Positions 40,189 to 50,338 of a stretch of 64,000 nt of DNA are shown piece by piece. Position 1 is the stretch's first letter. Each line of letters starts with the position of its first letter. The stretch is taken from the IMG/VR virus record IMGVR_UViG_3300042885_000900; one strand, given 5' to 3'. This DNA comes from a virus (taxonomy: Duplodnaviria > Heunggongvirae > Uroviricota > Caudoviricetes). The position numbers were made by a program, and so were the translations under genes. The notes under the pieces are model-generated. The model saw nothing but the letters and a program-made list of their open reading frames with translations. It did no database searches and was not told where the DNA came from.

Positions 40189-40920
40189 ATGAGAGTAGCA
40201 TTAGTTTGTATTGCAAAAAATGAAGATAATTACATCCAAGAATGGGTTGATTATAATAAAAAATTGGGGTTTGACGACATTTTTATTTATCAAAACAATT
40301 GGAGATGTTCTATTGATGAACCAAATGTAATTAAAATAGAATACGATGGGACAACAAGACAAGTACCCTGTTATAATGAATTTATTAAAAATTATAAAAA
40401 AGATTATGATTGGGCAGCATTTTTTGATGTTGATGAGTTTTTGGTCTTAAAAAAACATAAGAATATTAAAGAATTCATTTATGACTATAAAGACCATAAT
40501 GGTATTGGTGTTAATTGGGTTCTGTTCGGGGATAATGGTTTATCTGAAATTAACAACGAATATAGTATGGTTAAAAGATTCACAAAATGTCAATCAAAAC
40601 CAAATGAACACATTAAAACAATTCTTAATTTAAAAGAACCTAATTTTATGAATGTTCACTCTCCAGACAGAGAAATTGTTGACACTAATCATGTAAAATT
40701 TAGAGGACCCTTTAACTATAAAGGGTTAACAGACATTGCACAACTCAATCATTACTTTTGTAAAACGAAAGAAGAGTTCATTCTTAAATGTAGTAGGGGG
40801 AGAGCAGATTACACTATTAGTAGGTCAATTAAAGAGTTTGATTCACATAATTTTAATGAAATTACAGATTTAACAGCATACAATTTTTTCTATGGTAACA
40901 ATAATATACTCAACACATAA
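40189..40920 (+). CDS. GT92/GT2-like glycosyltransferase
   Basis: CIAKNE..YI.EW, FFDVDEF and LNHY..K motifs; ATG 40189 preferred. Confidence 0.75.
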   Translation: MRVALVCIAKNEDNYIQEWVDYNKKLGFDDIFIYQNNWRCSIDEPNVIKIEYDGTTRQVPCYNEFIKNYKKDYDWAAFFDVDEFLVLKKHKNIKEFIYDYKDHNGIGVNWVLFGDNGLSEINNEYSMVKRFTKCQSKPNEHIKTILNLKEPNFMNVHSPDREIVDTNHVKFRGPFNYKGLTDIAQLNHYFCKTKEEFILKCSRGRADYTISRSIKEFDSHNFNEITDLTAYNFFYGNNNILNT

Positions 40921-42415
40921 AGACGAAACATGCAATAACAAATTTAGACAACATTTGTTACAAAGTTCAGGTTTAAAAGATATTCAAATATTAGAATATA
41001 TTAACCACAATCAATATAGTTTATCCGAATTATACAATAGAGGTATTTCTGAATCAGAGAATGATATTATTGTATGTTGTCATAACGATATTAAACTTGA
41101 AAATGGTTGGGGTAAGAAATTATTAAAAGATTTTGACGAAAACCCTGATTATGGTATTATAGGTAAAGCAGGTTCTTGTTATTTTCCGGAATCAGGGGTT
41201 TACTGGGAAAAAATGAATGAAACAATGGTTGGGCAAGTTTATCACCACCCTAAAGGACAGAATAAGTGGTTAAGTACTTATTCATCAAAATTACCTTATT
41301 TAATACCTGTCGTGACTATTGACGGGTTATTCATATCATTTAATAAGTTAAAAGTTAAACATCAATTTGATGAGACAATAGGTAAATTTCATTTTTATGA
41401 CCATTTATTTTGTGTCCCAAATTACTTAGATGGTATTAAAATTGGTGTTACCTCATCTTTTGAAATTACTCACGAATCCGTTGGTAAACCTAATATAGAA
41501 TTTTATCAATCAAAAGATATGTTCATTAAAAAATGGGGTAATAAATTACCTTTGGATTTAAAACCTTTGGAGGTTCATATACCAATTATAAAAGAAAAAC
41601 AATTAAAAAATATTGGTAGAGTCGCTGTAATTATACCAACAAAAGGTAAGACAGACTTATTATTTTCCTGTGTAAACTCTTTTATAAAAAATTGTAATCC
41701 CCAATTATTTGATGTATTTATTGCCGACACTGGGTCGTCAGATTTTGAAAAAAAAGAAATTAAAGAATTTATATTAGATAACCAAACTAATATTAGGATA
41801 ACCTTAATTGAGTATGATTATTATAATTTTGCAAAAATTAATAATGATGTGGTTAAAAATCATATAACCGATGAATACGAATTTTTATTATTTTGCAATA
41901 ACGATATTAAAATCCTTAACAACGTTATTTACGGGATGTTAAAACATTTTAAAGAAAATCCAAAAATTGGGACTGTTGGATGTAGATTACATTACGGAAA
42001 TAACACAATACAACATAATGGTATTGTCGCCAATTTTGATTCTGTTGGTAATTTTGGAGTAGGTCATATAGACTTAAATAAATACTATTCTAAAACATAT
42101 AAAGTTAATGATGTTATCGGTTCAACGGGTGGACTACTGATGATTAAAAAAATTATTTTTGAAAAATTAGGTTATTTTAACGAAAATTACATTTCTTGTT
42201 TCGAGGATGTTGAATTAAATTTAAAATCCACTTTATTATGTTATCGGAATATTTGCGACACTAGCTTAGTGGCGTATCATTTTGAAAGTCAAACTCGAAA
42301 TGATGACCCTGAAAATTTAAAAAAATTACAACTTGATTTTAAGAACACTTTATTCCCATTTGTTTCTAATAATATAGAAAGACTACACAAACATATTTTA
42401 ATGATTAAAACATAG
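40892..42415 (+). CDS. Tandem GT2-family glycosyltransferase
   Basis: CCHND and FHFYD in domain 1; IIPTK, FCNND, FEDV and HFESQTR in domain 2. Confidence 0.8.
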   Translation: MVTIIYSTHKDETCNNKFRQHLLQSSGLKDIQILEYINHNQYSLSELYNRGISESENDIIVCCHNDIKLENGWGKKLLKDFDENPDYGIIGKAGSCYFPESGVYWEKMNETMVGQVYHHPKGQNKWLSTYSSKLPYLIPVVTIDGLFISFNKLKVKHQFDETIGKFHFYDHLFCVPNYLDGIKIGVTSSFEITHESVGKPNIEFYQSKDMFIKKWGNKLPLDLKPLEVHIPIIKEKQLKNIGRVAVIIPTKGKTDLLFSCVNSFIKNCNPQLFDVFIADTGSSDFEKKEIKEFILDNQTNIRITLIEYDYYNFAKINNDVVKNHITDEYEFLLFCNNDIKILNNVIYGMLKHFKENPKIGTVGCRLHYGNNTIQHNGIVANFDSVGNFGVGHIDLNKYYSKTYKVNDVIGSTGGLLMIKKIIFEKLGYFNENYISCFEDVELNLKSTLLCYRNICDTSLVAYHFESQTRNDDPENLKKLQLDFKNTLFPFVSNNIERLHKHILMIKT

Positions 42416-42461
42416 ACATTTAAATTAAAAGAAGTATTCTTATAAAATAAAAAACAATCAT

Positions 42462-43205
42462 ATGATGGCTGAACAACGAAAAAAAAAACCAACCACCACC
42501 CCTATCCCTGAACCAACAGGTAAACCGGTAAGTAAAAAAGAGTTAATTGGGCAAATAATTAAGAGAAAAACTAAAGAAAAGTTTTTAACTTTAAATCAAA
42601 AAAAGTATTACGACACCTTAATTGAAAGTGAGATTACTGTTTGTTCCGGTCCCGCCGGAACAGGCAAAAGTTACATCTCAATGAAAGCCGCTATTGATTT
42701 ATTATCCGACCCCGAAACACCATATGAAAAGATTATGATTGTTCGTCCTGCGGTTGAAAGTAGTTCATCTACGTTAGGGAGTCTTCCCGGTGATTTACGA
42801 GAAAAAATGGGACCATATGTTTATTCATCACTATCGTTATTACATAAAATAATCGGTAAAGAAACTACAGAGAAATTGGAACAGTCGGGTGTTTTGGAAA
42901 TAATGTCTTTATCATTTCTTAGAGGGTTTAACGCCGACAATATGATTTTAATTTTAGAAGAAAGTCAAAATTCTACACCGTCTGAAATGAAAATGTTGTT
43001 AACAAGGATTGGGTTTAACGCTAAATTTTTCATAAGTGGAGATATTGAACAATCAGACAAATTTAAAAAAAAGGAGTTATCGGGTTTATACGACGCAATC
43101 AAAAGATTATCCGATGTTAAAAATATTGGGATATTTGAATTTAATAATGATGATGTCGTTAGAAACCCTATTATTAAAATAATCTTACAAAGATATGAGG
43201 ATTAA
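42462..43205 (+). CDS. phoH: PhoH-family ATPase
   Basis: GPAGTGKS, RPAVE, LPGD, LRG, EESQN, GD..QSD and VRNP motifs. Confidence 0.92.
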   Translation: MMAEQRKKKPTTTPIPEPTGKPVSKKELIGQIIKRKTKEKFLTLNQKKYYDTLIESEITVCSGPAGTGKSYISMKAAIDLLSDPETPYEKIMIVRPAVESSSSTLGSLPGDLREKMGPYVYSSLSLLHKIIGKETTEKLEQSGVLEIMSLSFLRGFNADNMILILEESQNSTPSEMKMLLTRIGFNAKFFISGDIEQSDKFKKKELSGLYDAIKRLSDVKNIGIFEFNNDDVVRNPIIKIILQRYED

Positions 43206-44200
43206 TTTTTAATTCTTTGTAAATTAACCAATAGATGGTTTAGTTTATTTTTTTTAACATAAGAATAAGTACCAAAATCATTAGTGATTAATTCATTAAG
43301 GTATTGGTACTTATTTATTTTTTCAATAACTTCACCCAATTCTCGTTTTTTTCTTCTACAACACATATGTTTAGTTAATTCATCAATTAAACCTAATTTT
43401 GATATTTTAACATAAATTGGACGCTCATTTTTATAAAACTCAGCAAATGAATTATATGTGTTAGTAATCTTAATTAAATCGTCAATATCATATACTTCAG
43501 AATAAGGGTTACCAATAATAACATTATTAATTTCATTAACCGATATGTTAATTTTTAAATCTTCAAGTTTTAATATTAATTGATTTTTTATATCTGTTTC
43601 ATAATCTCTATTATTTTCGTTAAGAGTTATTAATGTGATGTTTTTTAATAATGATAAATTATTTTTTAACTTATCCCGTTCGTTATCAATATGCCATCCC
43701 TTACCGTTATATTCAAACCCAAGATTATAGTCTGGTAAATATACATCAATTTCATATGGTTTTAATGTTCTTCTATCATTATAGACTATATTATCAGTGT
43801 TATATAATTTAGAAATAATATCTTTAAGAATTAATTGTGGAATACTAAACGACTTTGAAATCATATGGGAACAGATATCATTTAAAACACCATTTCGTCT
43901 TGAAGAAGAGTATGCTGACGGGTCATTCTTTTGAAATTCCGATTTTGTTTTATATTTTTTTGCAATTAATGATAATGTTTCGTAATTCAAATCCCTACCA
44001 ACCATTTTATTTCTTTTAGAGATACATTTTGATTTATGAGAGTTTGATTTATGTAACCCTAATTTATTTGCTTTAACATAAATAGATAGTTTAGTTCTAT
44101 CCAGAATTTTACACAATTCAGAATTAAACATATTTGAATAATTTTTCACTAAATAATTAATTTCGTCTTCCGACCAAACTTTTCTTTTATTTTCTTCCAT
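43202..44200 (-). CDS. Free-standing homing-type PD-(D/E)xK endonuclease
   Basis: W...E..YL helical repeat; PYEIDVYLPDYNLGFEYNGKGWH; inserted antisense to the surrounding operon. Confidence 0.7.
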   Translation of the reverse strand: MEENKRKVWSEDEINYLVKNYSNMFNSELCKILDRTKLSIYVKANKLGLHKSNSHKSKCISKRNKMVGRDLNYETLSLIAKKYKTKSEFQKNDPSAYSSSRRNGVLNDICSHMISKSFSIPQLILKDIISKLYNTDNIVYNDRRTLKPYEIDVYLPDYNLGFEYNGKGWHIDNERDKLKNNLSLLKNITLITLNENNRDYETDIKNQLILKLEDLKINISVNEINNVIIGNPYSEVYDIDDLIKITNTYNSFAEFYKNERPIYVKISKLGLIDELTKHMCCRRKKRELGEVIEKINKYQYLNELITNDFGTYSYVKKNKLNHLLVNLQRIKN

Positions 44201-44284
44201 ATATTATATAAATACCCTAATTTTTCTTAAAAGTCAAATATTTACAAAAAAAAATATATAATTATTTTAATATAAAACAAATAA

Positions 44285-44887
44285 ATGAGAATAGCAATTG
44301 AGATTAATGGAGTATTAAGAAATACGATAGATAAAATAGTACAGACATATCAAAAATATATGATAGATAAGACGGAGGGTTTAGAGGATGAAGAATCTTT
44401 TAAATATGAGATATCATTACCGGTTGATAGTTTAAACCTTAGAAACCATTTTAAATTTCAAAATGATGATGAATTATTTTCATTTTTATATGAAGAATTT
44501 CCAATGGAAATATTTGGTCATTCACAATCTTCGGAATATTCAACTTTCACCGATTTAAATGAAGTGTATGTAAATTTGAGAGACAACCACGAATTATTAA
44601 TTGTGTCTGACGAAATTGGTAGGTCTAAACCAGCATCATTATTTTTCTTATCAAAATTTGGTTGTTTATTAGAAAAAGTGAAATTTTATAGTAATTCCAC
44701 AATAAATTCTATGTGGAACGAAATTGATGTTTTACTTACATCAAATCCTACCTTATTATTAGAACATCCTTCAGATAAAATATTAATAAAATTTGAGACG
44801 GAGTACAATAAAGAGATTAACACAATCCATTCAATAACATCAATTAAAGAATTGGACGATAAATTAAAAAAAATTATAGAATGTTAA
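44285..44887 (+). CDS. HAD-like 5'(3')-nucleotidase-related protein
   Basis: RIAIEINGVLRN, a degenerate DxDGVL motif. Confidence 0.45.
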   Translation: MRIAIEINGVLRNTIDKIVQTYQKYMIDKTEGLEDEESFKYEISLPVDSLNLRNHFKFQNDDELFSFLYEEFPMEIFGHSQSSEYSTFTDLNEVYVNLRDNHELLIVSDEIGRSKPASLFFLSKFGCLLEKVKFYSNSTINSMWNEIDVLLTSNPTLLLEHPSDKILIKFETEYNKEINTIHSITSIKELDDKLKKIIEC

Positions 44888-45156
44888 AAGTATTAGGTGA
44901 AAATTATTATTTGGATTTAGATAAAATTGATGCTTATGTTCAAATAGAAGAGAAAGTATCGTCATCCGGAGAAACAGAGGGCACGGCAATTAGTATTATA
45001 AAATACGAAACAATTAAATTAATGTTAGAAATTATAATGGACGAGCAGGAAGAAATTGATGATAAATTAGGTATTAAAGGTATTAGTCAATTATCAATTC
45101 CGTTTAAATTAGCCTTTAACACTTTATTATATAAAAATTTACTAAATAAATTATAA
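44881..45156 (+). CDS. Hypothetical protein
   Basis: Operonic ORF. Confidence 0.65.
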   Translation: MLKVLGENYYLDLDKIDAYVQIEEKVSSSGETEGTAISIIKYETIKLMLEIIMDEQEEIDDKLGIKGISQLSIPFKLAFNTLLYKNLLNKL

Positions 45157-45160
45157 CACA

Positions 45161-46222
45161 ATGACACAAGAACAAATTTCAAAAATAGAGAAATCTATAG
45201 AGAACATGAAAGATAAGAAATCAAGAATTTATCTTTTGGTTCAAGACACTAAAGGTAATGCAAAAGCTTCCTTATCTTATATCTATAATTTAGGTATATC
45301 ATTATTAAACGAAGGTTATAATGTAATTATGTTACACGAAAAATCTGACTACACAGGAGTTCAAAGTTGGTTAGGTCAAGAGTACATGGATTTATTACCT
45401 CATAAACCAATTGAAGGTGAAAATTTAGAAGTTTCTCCTGAAGACTTTATTATTTTACCAGAACTTTACGGATTTGTAATGAGTCAAATCTCCAAGTTAC
45501 CTTGTGGTAAAATAGTATTATGTCAAGCATATGACCACATATTAGAAACTTTACAACCAGGTCAAACTTGGTCACAATTAGGGTTTTTTAAATGTATAAC
45601 AACATCAGAGATTCAAAAAGAATATTTAGAAAATATTATGAGAAATGTATCATTTGATATATTAAAACCTTTTATCTCCGATGAATTTACTCCAAACACA
45701 TTACCATCAAAACCAATAATTGCAATACATGCGAGAGACCAAAGAGATTCCACTAACATAATAAAATCTTTTTATATTAAATTCCCCCAATATAGATGGG
45801 TAACATTTAGAGATATGAGAGGGTTATCAGAAACTGAATTTGCTAAAGCATTAAAAGAATGTTTCCTTTCTGTGTGGATTGATGAAACAAGTTCATACGG
45901 TACTTTCCCTTTAGAATCTATGAAATGTAATGTTCCGGTTTTAGGGTTAGCACCTAATTTAGTACCTGAATGGATGAATGAAGATAATGGTGTTTGGATT
46001 AATAATAAAATACAAATTGTTGATTATATTTCTGACTTTTTACAAAATTGGTTAGAAGATAGTATTAACGAAAATTTAGAAGGTGAAATGTTAAAAACCG
46101 TTGGAACTCTATCTACCAAAGAAACTTTCAACTCTGAAGTTATAAACCTTTTTGAAAGATACTTGTCTGTTAGATTAGAATCATTTGAAGAACAATTATC
46201 TAAACTAGAAACAATAGAATAA
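45161..46222 (+). CDS. GT-B glycosyltransferase-like protein
   Basis: IILPE and SSYGTFPLESM.C.VPV motifs. Confidence 0.65.
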   Translation: MTQEQISKIEKSIENMKDKKSRIYLLVQDTKGNAKASLSYIYNLGISLLNEGYNVIMLHEKSDYTGVQSWLGQEYMDLLPHKPIEGENLEVSPEDFIILPELYGFVMSQISKLPCGKIVLCQAYDHILETLQPGQTWSQLGFFKCITTSEIQKEYLENIMRNVSFDILKPFISDEFTPNTLPSKPIIAIHARDQRDSTNIIKSFYIKFPQYRWVTFRDMRGLSETEFAKALKECFLSVWIDETSSYGTFPLESMKCNVPVLGLAPNLVPEWMNEDNGVWINNKIQIVDYISDFLQNWLEDSINENLEGEMLKTVGTLSTKETFNSEVINLFERYLSVRLESFEEQLSKLETIE

Positions 46223-46223
46223 T

Positions 46224-47036
46224 ATGGAAGAAACTAAAACATTTGATGTATCCGTAATATTACCAATAAAATCAGGTAAAACATTAGGATTTGCAGAGTA
46301 TTTTGAAAAATGTATACTATCATTACAAAATCAAAAAGTAGAAATAAATGAACTAATAATTGTTCATACTAACGAAAGTTATTTGACCGATTATTTAAAT
46401 GAGTTTGACTTTGGAAGTTTAACGGTTAAAAAATATGAATGGACTAAAGACCCTAACTACGCCGACCAAATAAACTATGGTGTTAGAAATTCAAATTCAG
46501 AATGGGTCTCATTGTTTGAATTTGATGATGAGTATTCCAGTATTTGGTTTAAAAATGTTAACCTTTACAGTGAGGTGTATCCCGATGTAAATGCGTTTTT
46601 ACCAATCGTTGTAGATACTGACGAATCAGGTAAATTTGCCGGATTCACAAATGAAGCAACTTTTGCGGCCAATTTTACTGAAGAAATGGGTGTATTAACT
46701 AATGAAACATTACTTGACTATCAAAATTTCCAAACATCAGGTATGGTGATTAAAAAATCATCATTTATTGATTTTGGATTAATTAAGTCATCATTTAAAT
46801 TAACCTTTGGTTATGAATTCTTTTTAAGAATGACACATAACTCGGTAAAAATTATATCAATCCCAAAAATAGGTTATAAACATACAAATTTAAGACAAGG
46901 GTCTATTTTTTGGAATTATAAAAATGGTGAAAATGTGTTAACCGATGATGAGATTAAGTTTTGGATTGATTCAGCAAAAAAAGAATATTTCTTTATTAAT
47001 GATAGAAACATAAAATACGAACCTCAAGAAGTTTAA
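46224..47036 (+). CDS. GT2 glycosyltransferase
   Basis: VSVILPI; N.G......WVSLFEFDD. Confidence 0.7.
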   Translation: MEETKTFDVSVILPIKSGKTLGFAEYFEKCILSLQNQKVEINELIIVHTNESYLTDYLNEFDFGSLTVKKYEWTKDPNYADQINYGVRNSNSEWVSLFEFDDEYSSIWFKNVNLYSEVYPDVNAFLPIVVDTDESGKFAGFTNEATFAANFTEEMGVLTNETLLDYQNFQTSGMVIKKSSFIDFGLIKSSFKLTFGYEFFLRMTHNSVKIISIPKIGYKHTNLRQGSIFWNYKNGENVLTDDEIKFWIDSAKKEYFFINDRNIKYEPQEV

Positions 47037-47785
47037 TGAGTGAAATAGTTAATTTAACAGGAGATACCGTTGTTGAGTTAAAAAAGAAAGGTAGAAAACC
47101 AACTCAATTAAATTACTTTGATGTTCGGGAAGAATTAGCGGTTGTTAGATTTCTAGCAACCGATAATTATGAAGAAAGAAATAAAATTTATAATGAGTTT
47201 TTAAAACAACCTTTAGATAAGATGATATCCTCGATTATTCGTAGATATAAATTATATAGAAAAGATATGGATTTCACAGAAATTCATGTAGATACTCATT
47301 CATTTTTAATGACCAAGATTGAAAAATTTAAACCTTCCAGAGAAAAGAAGGCGTATTCTTATTTTGGTACCATATGTAAAAATTATTTAATGGGTCAAAT
47401 CATTAAAGACCAAAAAGAAACAAATAGAAAAATATCATACGAGGATATTTCAACAAGTATTGAAAATAATGAAATGTTTTCATATAGCATAGAAAACGAT
47501 GGATTAGACCCCGAAAGAATTATCAGACATTTTTTGTTAGATTTAGAAAAATTTATTAAAGATGGTAACCTGTCAGAAAATGAAGTTAAACTAGGTCATG
47601 CATTATACGAAATATTTGAGAATTACGATAAAATTTTTGTAGGAAATGATAATAATAAATTTAACAAAAACATTATTTTATTATCGTTGAGAGAGATGAC
47701 AAACTTAACAACAAAAGAAATTAGAGGGTCTATGAAAAAATTTAAAAATATGTATTTGGTGTTAATTCAAAATATGGTTAAATAA
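47036..47785 (+). CDS. Putative late-transcription sigma factor (T4 gp55-like)
   Basis: KIEKFKP...KAYSYFGTICKNYL resembles sigma region 2 of gp55-like proteins. Confidence 0.55.
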   Translation: MSEIVNLTGDTVVELKKKGRKPTQLNYFDVREELAVVRFLATDNYEERNKIYNEFLKQPLDKMISSIIRRYKLYRKDMDFTEIHVDTHSFLMTKIEKFKPSREKKAYSYFGTICKNYLMGQIIKDQKETNRKISYEDISTSIENNEMFSYSIENDGLDPERIIRHFLLDLEKFIKDGNLSENEVKLGHALYEIFENYDKIFVGNDNNKFNKNIILLSLREMTNLTTKEIRGSMKKFKNMYLVLIQNMVK

Positions 47786-47810
47786 ATTACACACCTAAAT
47801 ATTTATCATT

Positions 47811-48191
47811 ATGGGAAGACCGAAAAAAAACGAAATTAATTTATCAAAAGAATCAATGTTATCATTGATGCAAGAAATCTATAATGAATTAGTTGAACAG
47901 AGAAATACCGCAATTAGAATTCAAAATAAAATGTTAACAATGATGAAGGAACCGGAAGATATGACTATCATAGGGCCTGTGATTGAGAAACAACAAAAAA
48001 TAATTAATGATTGTGTTGAGAAAAAATTAACTCTTTCTAAACTCCAATCCGGTATGTGGGAAAAATCTAATAACAATAATAATAACGAAAGTTTTTCTAT
48101 TACTGATTTAGGTGATGACGACGATTTATTAAAAACCTTAATTGAAAAAGACATATCCAAAAGTTCTGATTCTTATAAAATGAAAAAATAA
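47811..48191 (+). CDS. Hypothetical coiled-coil protein
   Basis: ORF with upstream TATTTAT. Confidence 0.6.
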   Translation: MGRPKKNEINLSKESMLSLMQEIYNELVEQRNTAIRIQNKMLTMMKEPEDMTIIGPVIEKQQKIINDCVEKKLTLSKLQSGMWEKSNNNNNNESFSITDLGDDDDLLKTLIEKDISKSSDSYKMKK

Positions 48192-48197
48192 TTTAAA

Positions 48198-50120
48198 ATG
48201 GGATTAGATTTAAACTTTGACTATAATTCTGTTCAAAATAAAATAAATGCAACAAAATCATATACCGATTTAAAAGGTCAGTATGATGATACTACTAAAA
48301 AAGCGGGTGAATCATTTGAGAAAGCAAAATCAGACGTTACCGGTCAAATCCAAAATTTAAAAAATCAATCTAAAAGATATCAAAAAGAGATTAAAACTCA
48401 ACTTGAACAACTATTAGATATTAACAAAATCACTGGTGGTAAGGGAGGGAATTCAACTAAATATGTTAAAAGATTATTTTTAACAGCCCTTAAAAATATT
48501 GAACCTAAAATCGCTAAAATTTTATCTGAAGAGGCTTTAAATGCTGTTGGATGTGACCAACAGCAATCTTTTAGTGCTCAAACTATCTATATTAAAGTTA
48601 AGTCCATTGATTTAATCAATCTTTTAAAATTATCACCAACTGAAGATGATGGAAAACCATTGTACGAAAAACAACCAATATCTGTACAAAATTATCCATT
48701 TGCAATGAATAAAGAATTATACGAATTAATTCAAAATGGTAATCCATATTCAACTACTAATGGTCAATTATATAAAGGACAATCGGGTAAAGATTTATTT
48801 GATATTCAATATGTTGAACAAAACAATTTAGGTCTTACTGGACCTTGGTACAAAGTAACTTTAAAAGACCGTATTGGGATTGGGGGCGGAACACCAAATA
48901 AAGTCGGTGAATTTATGGTAGATTATTTCAAAACAATTAGAGTTGTTGATACCACAAATATAATGGCAAATATTATGGAAGCCTTATCAGGGGCGGTTTC
49001 AATAAAAGCCAACGCTGGTATTGGTCAAATTGGTGACCAAACTAAATTTGGAGCAATTGTTCAAAGAATATTAGGGTTATGTTTTGATAATAGAAAAGAA
49101 ATTGATGTTAGTGGAATTGCCAAATTAGCCGATTTAGATGGTGTTGATGAATCATTTTTTGAATTTAATGAAATTGATTTAAGAAAAATAGAACAGACAA
49201 TCACAAATATAAAAAATGGGGTTATAGAATTTGAAGGATGTGATAACATTAAAGTTCCTGTGAATGCAAATGCAATTTTTGAAGATTTAAATAATTTAAA
49301 TTTTGTATCCGATAATGATTTGGTTGATGCGATGGATAATTTAACCAATTCGTTAATTAATGACCCTGTTTGGGGTTTATCACCTCAAATAGATGTGCAA
49401 GCGGCGGTTGATTTTAATTTTATAAAATTAATGTGTCAAGGAATTGCGTCATCATTATTATCTCCAAAAATATTATTGCCAATTTACATTATGTTAAAAT
49501 CTTTAGGTCAATCAGCGGTTGATTTAATTAATTCTTTTATGACTTTTATTAAAGAATTTAAAAAATTTGCAATTAATGTTATCTCAAAAGTTGGTGCGAT
49601 TTTTATTGAAGAATTATTTGAATTGATTAAAAGAGACATTATGGTATTAATTCAGAAAGTAGTTACTGATTTAATAAAAGAAAAAATTAATAAAAGATTA
49701 ACGATGATTTTAAAATTAGTACAATTATTATTAATTGTGTCAAGTTTTATTAGTGATTGGAGACGATGTAAAAGCGTTGTTGATGAAATATTATCAATGT
49801 TATCGTTAATAACATCATCAATACCTGGTCTTGGTGGTGGAATACCATTACCATTATTATTCGCCTCACAATTATTGGACGGGTATTCAGCATCAAGAGC
49901 TTTTATTGGTTCTATTGAGGAATTCCAAAAAATTGGGGTCCCAACAGGTGCATTACCAGATGGGAGTCCAAATTTAGACATATTATCAAAATTTGGACAA
50001 ATGAAAGCTATGGCAAATGAAGAAGATTCAAATGGTAAATTAGAGATAGCTATAGGACCATTAACAATGACACCAGCAGGTTTAACTATCCCATCTAAAG
50101 CCTCCGGAAAAAAAATATAA
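48198..50120 (+). CDS. Large hypothetical protein, probably baseplate/tail associated
   Basis: 640-aa ORF upstream of the gp5-like gene. Confidence 0.55.
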   Translation: MGLDLNFDYNSVQNKINATKSYTDLKGQYDDTTKKAGESFEKAKSDVTGQIQNLKNQSKRYQKEIKTQLEQLLDINKITGGKGGNSTKYVKRLFLTALKNIEPKIAKILSEEALNAVGCDQQQSFSAQTIYIKVKSIDLINLLKLSPTEDDGKPLYEKQPISVQNYPFAMNKELYELIQNGNPYSTTNGQLYKGQSGKDLFDIQYVEQNNLGLTGPWYKVTLKDRIGIGGGTPNKVGEFMVDYFKTIRVVDTTNIMANIMEALSGAVSIKANAGIGQIGDQTKFGAIVQRILGLCFDNRKEIDVSGIAKLADLDGVDESFFEFNEIDLRKIEQTITNIKNGVIEFEGCDNIKVPVNANAIFEDLNNLNFVSDNDLVDAMDNLTNSLINDPVWGLSPQIDVQAAVDFNFIKLMCQGIASSLLSPKILLPIYIMLKSLGQSAVDLINSFMTFIKEFKKFAINVISKVGAIFIEELFELIKRDIMVLIQKVVTDLIKEKINKRLTMILKLVQLLLIVSSFISDWRRCKSVVDEILSMLSLITSSIPGLGGGIPLPLLFASQLLDGYSASRAFIGSIEEFQKIGVPTGALPDGSPNLDILSKFGQMKAMANEEDSNGKLEIAIGPLTMTPAGLTIPSKASGKKI

Positions 50121-50122
50121 TT

Positions 50123-50338
50123 ATGACAAAAATAGAAGAATCAGAAAAGGCGTTAGATATTATAAAAAATTATAAATCTTCATCAAACAAAGATTTAATT
50201 TTTGTTATGGATTTTATCCAAGAAGATTTTAAATTAACAAAAGAAACTATTATCAAATTAACAGAACATTTAGATAAGGTTGAGGTTACCTATAACACAA
50301 TTTTAAAAGAATATCAAAAAAGAACAAATACTAAATAA
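50123..50338 (+). CDS. Small hypothetical protein
   Basis: Operonic ORF with TAATG coupling. Confidence 0.6.
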   Translation: MTKIEESEKALDIIKNYKSSSNKDLIFVMDFIQEDFKLTKETIIKLTEHLDKVEVTYNTILKEYQKRTNTK

